Virus record (IMG/VR): IMGVR_UViG_3300037484_000435
Coordinates: 64,001 to 128,000 of that record
Source: a virus
Lineage: Duplodnaviria; Caudoviricetes
Strand: one strand, 5' to 3'
Length of the DNA stretch: 64,000 bases
Shown here: positions 27,601-37,342 of the stretch, piece after piece
Layout: every line of letters begins with the position of its first letter
How positions within the stretch are numbered: the first letter of the stretch is position 1
Position numbers and translations under genes: made by a program
Notes under the pieces: generated by a model
The model's database searches: none
Told to the model about the DNA's origin: nothing
Seen by the model: only the letters and a program-made list of their open reading frames with translations

Positions 27601-29711
27601 GTACCAAAAAGGTAAATGGGTTGTCATGTATTTGTATATTGTACATGATGCAGTCTACACTCCCATCGGGGAACAGGTAGAACCTACACTTTCTCGTATT
27701 ATCTTATACAAATAACTCGGTAAGCCTAATGAGTTGCGGTCGCAAGAACCGCTAGCCCGTGAGTAATCTGGGGTGATTTACTCAGTAGGTAGAAGATGTA
27801 GTAAAAAGCGAATGCCCGTGTGTAATGCACAGGATAGTTATAAATTATAGCGGAGACGTAATGGAGTTCCTTGTGGAGACCGCCCTTCACGGCGGAGCAG
27901 TCGCAAGGTCACCCAGTATAAGATATAACCCTCGAAAGAGGGCAGACTTACTACCGGTCTCTCACTGCAGGAATATCTGCAGAAACTTTAAGGAGGATTA
28001 GTTATGATACACTGTGAAAACAGCGTTGCTGCCTCCAACAAATTTGATACGTGGAGTTCCATTAATTGGAAAGAAGTTGAAGAATTTGTTAGGAATATGC
28101 AGATAAAGATTGCAGATGCTGCTAAAAAGGAAAAATGGAGAGAGATAAATAGGTTGCAATATACCTTGACACATTCTTTCCGTGCTAAACTTTTAGCGGT
28201 AAGAATAGTTACATCTAGCACGGGCAACCGTACTGCTGGTGTAGATGGACAGATTTGGAAACATGATGAAACCAAATTATCGGAAGCAAGAAACCTTGAT
28301 AGGAAAACTTATAAACCTTCTCCACTTAAAAGGGTAATCATTCCCAAACCAAATGGTGGGGAACGTGCATTGGGTATTCCTACGATGAGGGATAGAGCGA
28401 TGCAATGTCTTTATAAGTTCGCACTGGAACCTGTTGCAGAAGTGTTTGCAGACCAGTGTTCTTACGGATTTAGAAAGCATAGGTGTTGTCAAGATGCACT
28501 AGAGCATATTGTCGGTATTTTCCAAGGTACAAAAGGAGCGGAGTGGGTTCTTGAAGGTGATATAGAAAAATGTTTTGATAAAATTTCTCACGAATGGTTG
28601 CTGTCCAATATTCAAATGGACAAAAATCTGTTGGAGAAATGGCTCAAAGCGGGATTCGTCTTTCAAGACACACTGTTTCTTACGGAAGAAGGAACTCCTC
28701 AAGGAGGAGTAATATCTCCTATTCTTGCAAACCTTGCCTTGGATGGCCTAGAGAAACTTTTAAAGGATAGGTTTCCTCGTCATCACGGTAAGAAAGTTAA
28801 TTTGGTTAGATATGCTGATGATTTCATCATATCAGGTGTTTCTAAAGAAGTAATGGAGAACGAAGTTAAACCTCTAGTTGAGGAATTTCTTTCTGTCAGA
28901 GGATTAAAACTATCCGACTCCAAGACATCAATAACTCATATTGATGATGGTTTTGATTTCCTAGGTTTTACAGTACGAAAGTTCAAGGGTAAACTGATTA
29001 CTAAACCTAGCAAGAAATCAATAAAGAAATTCTTAAAGACAATCAAAGAGTTTCTTACTGATCATCGAACCAGCAAACAAACAGATATAATTATTCCACT
29101 CAATAAGAAAATTTCTGGCTGGAGTAACTACTTCAAGCATTGTAGTGCGAAGGTAACATTTAGTTACATCGATTTCCGCATTTGGAAAATGATTTGGCAA
29201 TGGTGCAAAAGAAGGCACCCCAATAAAAACAATAATTGGGTTAAAGCCAAATACTTCATTACGTTTAAAGGGCGTGATTGGCGTTTTAGTGCGGATGAAC
29301 ACTATCTCACTATCGCCGCGTCGTTCCCAATTACGCGATGGATAAAACTTCGTAAAGATGCTGAAGTATTTAACCCTGCTTGGGATGAGTATTTTGAATT
29401 AAGAGAGGCTTGAGCCGTGTGCGGGGAAACTCGCACGCACGGTTCTTAGGGGGCGGGGGTTATGTAAGTAACTCCTGCTACCCGATGATTGTAGTTGGAC
29501 CGATAAAGCACTAACTAGGTTTGTAAGAAAGTCTGGAATTAAAGCCAGCGATCTGGAAAATCCTGATGAATTTCCTCTGTTTCAATTGAGGATAGCGGAT
29601 AGAATAAGCCGAGGCTTGGAACCAGTAACTACCAAACAACGAGATTTTGAAAATAGACTCAGAGGATACTTTAATCCCAATAAACAAGAGGAAATAATAT
29701 GCCAAAAATAA
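24610..29711 (+). CDS. HD-domain phosphohydrolase split by two group II introns (exons 24610-24617, 26860-27355, 29487-29711; 242 aa)
   Basis: spliced frame MKD|FPQF...FHVDDVFQHC...WAGLLHDTGK...HMYMY|DCSWTDKALTRF...LRIADR; resembles the HD domain of CCA-adding enzymes. Confidence 0.8.
24618..26859 (+). mobile_element. group IIB intron 1
   Basis: 5' GTGCG; DV GAGCTGTATGCGGTGAAAGTCGCACGTACAGTTC; 3' CCCGAC; EBS1 TCCTTC (24921-24926) complements exon end GAAGGA; EBS2 ATGAC complements GTCAT. Confidence 0.92.
25322..26761 (+). CDS. ltrA: group II intron reverse transcriptase/maturase (no En domain)
   Basis: RPLGIPT..DRAMQ, GTPQGGIISPILAN, RYADDF, GFDFLGF; ends after the maturase domain; ATG at 25337 is a likely start. 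Confidence 0.93.
   Translation: MEVRIMNIHNSVDLATSSKFSTWSPIELEEVEKFVRKLQVAIAEATKARKWHEVRKLQFKLVNSFRAKLLAVKVVTSNKGKNTPGVDGQTWNSKAEKLNGAISLTATGYKPSPLRRVEIPKRNGKTRPLGIPTMRDRAMQYLYKLALEPVAEILADKDSYGFRPKRSCQDAIDQCFIVFSKKWSAQWVLEGDIEKCFDKISHEWLLNNVVMDKTILGKWLKAGFVWNGELFPTDEGTPQGGIISPILANLALDGIEAELTSKFGRKSVRRVSLKLNVVRYADDFIISCSDKDVLEKEVKPLLDKFLEQRGLKLSEEKTKITHIDDGFDFLGFNIHKYKGKLLIKPAKKSVIRFLREVKEIFNSNKTMIQGDMILLLNLKIRGWCNYYRHVVSGDAFSYVGFRLWQMCWRWSVRRHPNKSKTWVKDKYFKSVKGSNWRFADFETEDYLIVPASIPIERHIKILKDAEVFNPSWNKYFEER
27356..29486 (+). mobile_element. group IIB intron 2
   Basis: 5' GTGCG; DV GAGCCGTGTGCGGGGAAACTCGCACGCACGGTTC; 3' CCCGAT; EBS1 GTATAT in the TCATGTA/TACATGA loop complements exon end ATGTAT. 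Confidence 0.92.
28004..29413 (+). CDS. ltrA: group II intron reverse transcriptase/maturase (no En domain)
   Basis: same RT motifs including RYADDF; clear paralog of 25322-26761; stop codon overlaps the start of DV. Confidence 0.93.
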   Translation: MIHCENSVAASNKFDTWSSINWKEVEEFVRNMQIKIADAAKKEKWREINRLQYTLTHSFRAKLLAVRIVTSSTGNRTAGVDGQIWKHDETKLSEARNLDRKTYKPSPLKRVIIPKPNGGERALGIPTMRDRAMQCLYKFALEPVAEVFADQCSYGFRKHRCCQDALEHIVGIFQGTKGAEWVLEGDIEKCFDKISHEWLLSNIQMDKNLLEKWLKAGFVFQDTLFLTEEGTPQGGVISPILANLALDGLEKLLKDRFPRHHGKKVNLVRYADDFIISGVSKEVMENEVKPLVEEFLSVRGLKLSDSKTSITHIDDGFDFLGFTVRKFKGKLITKPSKKSIKKFLKTIKEFLTDHRTSKQTDIIIPLNKKISGWSNYFKHCSAKVTFSYIDFRIWKMIWQWCKRRHPNKNNNWVKAKYFITFKGRDWRFSADEHYLTIAASFPITRWIKLRKDAEVFNPAWDEYFELREA

Positions 29712-30494
29712 CAGCGATCGTAATTATGGTTCTGTTAATTTGTGCTCCACCAGTATTTGCTAAAAAGAAAGTGGATAATAGCCCTTTTCCGAAACAGCAA
29801 ATACAGATTGACCCCGGCGTATTGGCCGAACATCAAAAACGTTTTGGCCCCACCATAAGAAAAGCTCCGCCTCTGAACAAGAGAGCAGCACCTGCAGCAA
29901 TACAGACAGAGGTGGGGCGGTCATCAATCGACACAATTTTAGAAATGCCAGTATTACCCAAGATGGTGGGTGATGTTCCCTATGCTCCAAAGTATAAGTG
30001 GGGTAAACAACCAACACTCTCACAAATGCTACAAACTAAAGTAGGACCAAGAAAAAACCCCCAACCAGATAGTTTGGGAACAAAAACAACAATAGAAGAC
30101 CAACGATAGAAAGGCTTTTTGAGTAATGAGATACGCATGGTTACTTTTGATTTTGGTATTGGCCACAGTAATGTGTGGGTGCGACGAAGGAGATTGGAAA
30201 CGTCTATGTAGCACTGTAGAAGGTGTTGTAAAAGATGTTCGGATTACGATGACTCCCGCCGCCCTGCAGGGAGATGGTGGGCAATCTGCGTCCGTACACA
30301 CTGTTGTTACCTTTACAGACGACCGGACAATAATGTTTAAAGGTGCAAGCCCCCAACCAATACCCTTAGATAGTATGGTAAAAATTTATTATCGCAGCGA
30401 TAGAATCGTGGCTGTAGAATTATCAACAGCTAAAGGAACAACCCCTGATAATGATAATGGAGAGACGAAAGGAGTTAAACCCTTATCCAATTGA
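29699..30494 (+). other. two exported or lipoprotein-like hypothetical ORFs
   Basis: 29699-30109 and 30126-30494 have signal-peptide-like N-termini. Confidence 0.55.
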
Positions 30495-31101
30495 TTATCC
30501 AGTTCGTATTTCGAAAGGAAACCCAAAAATAGGTGACATACTTAATGTTAGTTTACCACCCATAGTATCATGCCAACCCAATGTGCCCTGTGCAAAGGGT
30601 GGCTGTTACTCTATGAAAGCGTGGAATTGTTATCCAGGTACTCGTCGTGCTCGGAGACATAATTGGAATAAGCTAAACCATAACAGAGAAGCTTACTTCC
30701 AAGATATCCATGACTGCTTGGTCATTCAGCCCCGCCAAAAGAAGTTCCCTGTATTCTTCCGATGGCATGTAGACGGAGACATTCCTGACCAAGATTATTT
30801 GGAGCGTATGAAAGACGTGGCCCGAGCACATTCTCAGGTAAGAATGTTGGCGTTCACGAAAAACTATAAACTTAATCGTGAGAATCTACCACAAAACCTT
30901 ACCGTTATTCCTTCGGCGTGGCCTAAACTAAAAATACCCAAAGAACTGAAGTCTACTAGAATGGCTTGGGTGTATGACCCCAAAAATGTCGATGAGCGTA
31001 TACTCGGAAATTACTATGTATGTTCTGGTGCATGCACGAATTGTTGGGCTTGTTGGCACATAGACCAAATGGACAAAGATGTGCTATTCCATAAGCACTA
31101 G
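30451..31101 (+). CDS. Gp88-like protein
   Basis: SLPPIVSC...C..CY, FRWHVDGDI, AFTK, C.GAC..C..CW. Confidence 0.7.
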   Translation: MIMERRKELNPYPIDYPVRISKGNPKIGDILNVSLPPIVSCQPNVPCAKGGCYSMKAWNCYPGTRRARRHNWNKLNHNREAYFQDIHDCLVIQPRQKKFPVFFRWHVDGDIPDQDYLERMKDVARAHSQVRMLAFTKNYKLNRENLPQNLTVIPSAWPKLKIPKELKSTRMAWVYDPKNVDERILGNYYVCSGACTNCWACWHIDQMDKDVLFHKH

Positions 31102-31109
31102 GAGAAATA

Positions 31110-33773
31110 ATGCAAACATTAAAAGGTAAAATCACGGGAGTGAAGTCTAGGTATTCAACCATAGGACAAGACCTTGTGGGTACAAATATTACTATTATGT
31201 TGGAAGAAAAAAACGACGTTTTGCTGTGGGACTTAGTGGCTGATAAAATCTTTAACGAATCTCCGCTAGTCCTACAAGTGAAACCTATACTCAAATAATG
31301 TATTACACGAACATTAAATTCAACTGCCCACGTTGCGGAGATGGCCAACCCATCTACGAAGCGTGGGGAAACGTGACCACGTTCCATTATGTGGACACAA
31401 TTGATGAAGACGGAATTATTGATATGACTGATATCGCGGAAGCAGAGTTTAGAAAAAGTGACCGAGACGGTTGCTATTGTGCAACCTGCTTTTCCTATAT
31501 TACTGATGATTTAAATAATTATATGAAAGAAAACCCCGACCTAATTACATGGGAGACAAGAGATTGAGAGCAGTATCAATTGGTATACAGAAAGCAATAG
31601 ACGAACTATACCGCACAAGGGAAGAAAGAAAGATTTTGCAGATGAAAGAGGAACAACTTTCGGATGCAATTAAAGACCACATGATGAGAGAGGGTCTGGA
31701 AATAATCGAGACTAAAGAGCATTGTGCTCTGCTGTCTGTTCGCTCAAGCGGGGCTATAGACCCCGAGGCTTATTACGAAGCCCTCGACGAAGACTTTGAT
31801 AAGTTTCTAGAAACTATATCGGTTAGAAAAGAAACCAACAAGAAGAAAGGTCATATAGGTGCGGATTATTATCTCAGTAAAGAGATGATTGAATCCATCA
31901 CAGCACCTGTAGACATTTCTGCTTTGCGTATAACAAAGATTACCGAAGTTCCCGAGCAGAAACCTGCCCCTAAACTCAAAGCGAAATATGCATGAGCAAC
32001 AGGGTCACCATACAAATCTGTAAGTTTGTAAATTACGGAATCGACCGACAGCCCCAGGACGAGCACTGGGGCTACCGTATATACGATGACTACGGAGTCA
32101 ACTATGACAATCTGTATGATACTCTAGAAGATGTGTTTGATGAACTGGACCCCGACACTATCTTAGAGTTTATACAAGAAAGGCACGATGACTTTCTTGA
32201 ATCAGTCCTCTATTCAGGAGGATTATATCTATGTGATGACTGGATAGACATCACGGAGCAGATGAATGATAGCGAACGAGAAAGAATCCGTAAACTGCGA
32301 GGACTGGATACCTTTTAATAAAGGAATTGAAGTCAACAATTATATTGTTATAAAACGACGTAAAGGCGAGAACACTAAGTGGGATATCCTAGAAATTGAG
32401 TCTATGAAAGGTGACTGGAACGATCTAGTCTTTACGCTCTTTGAAAATTACGGGCAGTTTCAAGACCAAGTTGCCCACCTGTCTAACCGTGCCGCACGAC
32501 ATGACAAACTGGACTCCATAGCGGCGGAATATGCAAGCAAAAATGTACCTTATGAATTTGTGCTAGCAGATGGCACAGATGATTGGTACATTGCTTACGT
32601 AAAGCCTGTTATCTACAGGATGGACCCAGACGGGAGTCTGAGATGAAATATTTAGTTATGGTCTATCCCTACAACACTGACGAACTGGTCGCAGTTTCCG
32701 TATATAATTTTGAAAGCATACCTACACCAAGTGGTGTTTTTATGTTTGTATTGGAAGCAGACTCTGAGGACGAAGCTCGTGTGATTGGGCAAAGGAATTG
32801 GCAGGACTACGAGAAGGAATCGTTGGCCCTCGGAGAAAAGCATCGCGAAGAGAACTACAAACTTTGTCGCAAATTTAAAGTGCTGGGATACCACGAATAA
32901 CAACAATCTAACTGGGGATGTATTTTACATCCTCAGTTTAACAAGGAATTAACAAGGAATTAATATGGCATTAGTATTTGGTAGAGCTATCTCAGCCAGT
33001 GAGATGGTAAAAATATTTCCTCCGCATATAAAAACTGATATGGACCTTCTTATGGCTAGGATGCGTGTGCCCATCAAGGAAAAAGAAAGTCCGAAGTTTG
33101 AAGTGACAAACATAAGCACACGAGTAACCAGAGAACCTGTAGTTAAAATAGTCGACCTGCACACACCCACAACAATTCTCCCCGAAGAACATAAGTATTC
33201 TGTGGAGATACTGGGGCAACTCAAAGATATTTTGGGGGTCGACTTAGCAGGATACTTTGATGTGGAAGTCAGTATACGGGACAAGGATGCTGTTGTGAGG
33301 TTGTTCTATAAAGGTAACGCCTTAGGTGTAGGAGTACATAAAAGCACAGCCGCGGCCCTGTCAGACGCAATAGGCTACGGGGTAGTTCCCTCACTTAAAC
33401 AATTGCAACGTGACCTGAAAGAAATACTAAAGAAACTTCCGTGGATTGGTGCGAAATGAATTCAAAGGAACGGTGGATAGTGGGGGCTATAGAAGCAATA
33501 TTATTTATCATAATAATATCGTTTGTAATCACTATCAACCAAAAGGTGAATCAAGTAATAACCGCCCAACAAAAATTAGATAAACAATTATCTGTCCTTT
33601 CACCGCTATTGGAAGATTCCTCTATGTCAAGTGTTAATAACTTGGCTCTAAGACGGATGATAAATTCATTAAACTCTATAGAGCGGTTCGTAAGAACTAC
33701 TCCATTAGTAGAATGCGGAAACTGGAATGATAGACAACAACAAAAAAGAGCTGTTCTCGAAAACAGTAAGTAA
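31110..33773 (+). other. run of small hypothetical ORFs
   Basis: abutting or overlapping ORFs; includes zinc-ribbon paralog 31298-31567. Confidence 0.55.
32910..32938. terminator. hairpin terminator
   Basis: AACTGGGGATGTA/TACATCCTCAGTT 13-bp stem in an intergenic gap. Confidence 0.6.
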
Positions 33774-34806
33774 TTACTCAACCATCCACATCTTTATGCA
33801 CGATCAGCCCGCCCCTGACCCAGACTCGATTGGATCGGCAGTTGGATTATCCAAGTTGCTTAAAGATGTTTTCCAGAAAAAAGTCATTATTCATGGTATA
33901 CCTACGGACCACCGTATGAATACAAAGATGGTATCCGAGCTTGATATAACTCTACTAGACCCTAGGGACAAAGAATCGATGAGCACGTTGGTTGACAACG
34001 ATGACCACGGTTTTATGCTGGTAGACTGCACCCTTAAATCAGGTTCATTCCACTTCACTGAACACTTGGGGGATAAGAAACCGCTCTGGATATTGGACCA
34101 CCACCCCAACAAAGAAGAATCGGAAACCGCAACCTTGGATTTACAGGCTGTGGGCTCATGTGCAACCATCGTGACGGAATACCTCCGTGCCTTCGATGTC
34201 GCATTCGATTCTGAAAACAAAAACGATCGTAATGTTGCGACCGCCCTGATGTTAGGCTTGATGGTGGACACAGATAACCTCCGAAGCGAGGATGTAGATG
34301 TAAAGCGGGACGTTGACACCTTTATCTACTTGAGGTCACATTACAACCTAGACCTGTTTAACAGCATCATGAAATACGATATACCTCGTTACTTCAACGA
34401 CGCTTTGCAGGCTACCAACCGAGAAAAGAACCAACAAGTAACTGAACCCTATGCTATTCTGACTCCCGGCTTCCTGAAAGAGGAGCGGTTAGGAGTCTTG
34501 TCTTTCATAGCAGATTACTGGATTCGGGTTGAGCGGATAAACATTGTGGTTGCGTTCGCCATCTCTGGCAACGAAATCATAGCATCCATACGTACCAAAA
34601 CAGGAACCAAAGCGTCTGACTTAGTCAAACCTCTTTTTCCTACGGGTCGTGGAGGGGGCAAAAAGTTTGCATCTAGGGCCATGTGCACAGTCAATGGTAT
34701 GTTTGACGTGGGCCTGTTGGATGAAGCTGGAAAAGAAGCCCTCTTGGTTCTGACAATGACCACACTAGTAGCTCGTATGAAAATATTCTTAGACGCAGAT
34801 GAGTAG
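33727..34806 (+). CDS. DHH/DHHA1 family phosphoesterase (NrnA-like)
   Basis: PDPDSIGSA, LVDC, ILDHHP, VDTD, ASIRT, GRGGGKK. Confidence 0.85.
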   Translation: MIDNNKKELFSKTVSNYSTIHIFMHDQPAPDPDSIGSAVGLSKLLKDVFQKKVIIHGIPTDHRMNTKMVSELDITLLDPRDKESMSTLVDNDDHGFMLVDCTLKSGSFHFTEHLGDKKPLWILDHHPNKEESETATLDLQAVGSCATIVTEYLRAFDVAFDSENKNDRNVATALMLGLMVDTDNLRSEDVDVKRDVDTFIYLRSHYNLDLFNSIMKYDIPRYFNDALQATNREKNQQVTEPYAILTPGFLKEERLGVLSFIADYWIRVERINIVVAFAISGNEIIASIRTKTGTKASDLVKPLFPTGRGGGKKFASRAMCTVNGMFDVGLLDEAGKEALLVLTMTTLVARMKIFLDADE

Positions 34807-36423
34807 ATGAATGTAAGAAAATTAAAAGTATACCACGAATGTGCTGTAGGATGTCCAACATGCTATGGTTCAGGAGAGGGTATGTATGACGGGTCCAGAG
34901 GGTGTCAATCGTGTAAAGGCACGGGCACCCTATGGAACGACGGAGAAGTTACAGACCAATTTGAAGTTGAATGGTCAAAAGAGAATTTTGATGATTTGGA
35001 GATTATTGACGGGACCAATGACCGACAATGCCAGTACTGTGGGCAAAACTTATTGGAAAACATAATTGAAGAATTATCGTGGAAATTAAAGGAAGAAATT
35101 AATGAAAGTAAACTTTAAATGTCCCGAGTGTGACCATGATATACTTGTAGAGATTTCGACCGCCACCGAGTCGATACCTGTGGTATACGCAGAAAAAACT
35201 ACCGGTGGTAGTACCCTGTTAGATTATGGAGATTCGTTCGGTATAGACTATGATGACGCCCCACAATCTTATAGGTGTGCACTCTGTGACAAGAAGATTG
35301 CTACAGATTCAGATGAACTTTACGCATGGCTTAAATTCCAAGGAATGCTAGAAGATTGACAACACGAAAAATAAAATTTAAATGCCCTAAATGTGGTGAT
35401 AAGACTCTCTGTATCAACCAATTATCATTTGAATCCATGAGCGTTGATGAAGAGATGGAAGATGACCGTTTTCTTTCAACAGATTATACCTTGGATTATG
35501 AGTTGGATTCAGTTCTTAGTATAGGTTGCTTTAAGTGCGGGTTTGTGGTTGGCTCGGATGTAAGTGACGCCTGCAAGTGGTTGATTGATAATGATATGAC
35601 GGAGGTAACTGCATGATAGACTACACATTTATTTGTCCTTATTGTCTTCAACGAGCAAACATAATCGAACGGTGCTTAATTATACGGGACACGAGAATGA
35701 TTGGGTTCTATCAATATGAGGGCTTCGATTACCCCCATCCCGAATTTAGTGCAGACGAAGATTTTGATACAGATGGTGGGGAATATTCTTACGTATGCTC
35801 TAACTGTGAGCATGAGTTACGAACTACATATGAGCAACTTTATAACTATATAAAGGAACATGGGTCCTTAACCGTAACGGAGGTGACTTAATGCAATGTT
35901 AGACTACAACAGACTGATCGCGACATGGAACGAATTTATACAAGAATACCCAGACGCTATTGATATAGCGGAATTTGATATTCTAAAAGAAGATGCCTAC
36001 ATAAAAAAAGTAGGTAGTAAATGGTGTATTTTCTCTGAAGATGGCCGCAATCTAGGATGCAAAGGTTCCAAAAAAGAAGCAGAAGATCGGCTCGCTGAGA
36101 TTGAAATGTTCAAACATATGAAGAGCGGGCAGGAAGAAAGTGTAAAAAAATCTAGGCGTAAATTCTGCATATGTGATAACTGCGGAGTCGAGTTCACTAC
36201 AACCAAAGAGTGCGACCTAACCAAGTGCCCGTCATGCGGAGAGTACAAGGGTGTGGATGTCGAAGACGAAGAGATGACGCAGAACTCTGAGAAGACTATC
36301 GCTAAACAGGAATGTTACTGCCCTGATTGTGGCCGAGAGTTTTTTGTAAGCACCATGTGCCACCTTGAGCGGTGTAGATATTGCGGCGGGGATGATTTGG
36401 AAGAAATCACAGGAGAACTTTAA
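34807..36423 (+). other. cluster of Cys-rich zinc-ribbon ORFs
   Basis: 34807-35118, tandem paralogs 35102-35359, 35356-35616, 35613-35891, and 35896-36423. Confidence 0.6.
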
Positions 36424-36435
36424 GGAGGTAACTAG

Positions 36436-36825
36436 TTTGGGATTACTGAACATGATATAATAGCGATCGACCTCGCAACGCAGATCGCACAAAATAGTGA
36501 CTACAGGCAAAGACATGGAGCCGTACTTTACAAGAGGAGTAAGATAATTAGTGTAGGGTTTAATAGACTGAAGACTCACCCTAAGGCATTGCCTTTTTAT
36601 AAATATCCGTTTATCCATGCGGAGATGGACACTATAATACGAGCCCCAGAAAATGAAATTTTGGGTGCTAGTCTTGCTTGCGTCAGGATTAACAGGAGCG
36701 AGGACATCAGGCACTCCCATCCCTGCCCAGAATGTATGCGGATGATGCGTTACTATGGGATAGCTTACATAGTATACTCTACCCAAGACGGAATAGAGAA
36801 AGAATTCCTAAGAACAAAACAATGA
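36436..36825 (+). CDS. zinc-dependent deaminase (dCMP/cytidine deaminase fold); start codon unclear
   Basis: RHGAVL, SVGFN, IHAEMD, SHPCPECM; reading frame is open from 36436. Confidence 0.8.
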   Translation, partial: FGITEHDIIAIDLATQIAQNSDYRQRHGAVLYKRSKIISVGFNRLKTHPKALPFYKYPFIHAEMDTIIRAPENEILGASLACVRINRSEDIRHSHPCPECMRMMRYYGIAYIVYSTQDGIEKEFLRTKQ

Positions 36826-37340
36826 AATTTAAAGACATACCCAAGTTCACTCGGTGTGCGAACTACCGTGTTACACAACCGTGGAACTATATGAAAGGTT
36901 GGATTGATAAGAACATCGAGGAGCTGAACCTCGATATGAATCCAGATTTCCAACGTGCTTATGTGTGGACTCCTGAACAGAAATCGAGATATGTGGAATA
37001 CATATTGAAGGGGGGAGTATCTGGAAAAGAAATTTATTTTAACTGCGTGGGATGGATGATGGATTTTCAAGGACCCTTCGTAATTGTAGACGGAAAACAA
37101 AGGGTAAATGCTGTGCTGGAATTTCTAGATAATAAAGTCGCAATATTCGGTAACAACTTTTACCAAGATTTTGAAGATAAACTCGGAACGATGGATGCTT
37201 ATCTTTTGTTTAATGTTAATGACCTCCCTACACGGCGTGAAGTCCTGCAATGGTATCTTGACTTAAATACTGGTGGGACAATACACAGCGAGGACGAATT
37301 GAATAAGGTAAAAAGGTTATTGAAGCAGGAAAAAGTTTAA
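36822..37340 (+). CDS. DUF262 (ParB-like) domain protein
   Basis: PDFQRAYVW...ILKG...IVDGKQR..A...F...LNTGGT. Confidence 0.8.
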   Translation: MKFKDIPKFTRCANYRVTQPWNYMKGWIDKNIEELNLDMNPDFQRAYVWTPEQKSRYVEYILKGGVSGKEIYFNCVGWMMDFQGPFVIVDGKQRVNAVLEFLDNKVAIFGNNFYQDFEDKLGTMDAYLLFNVNDLPTRREVLQWYLDLNTGGTIHSEDELNKVKRLLKQEKV

Positions 37341-37342
37341 TT

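Noticed and set aside
24618-29486. Twintron (nested introns)
   Set aside because: The two introns are sequential and separated by a 496-nt coding exon.
32940-32961. Tandem AACAAGGAATT duplication before ATG 32965
   Set aside because: A simple 11-nt slippage duplication of an SD region with no further structure.
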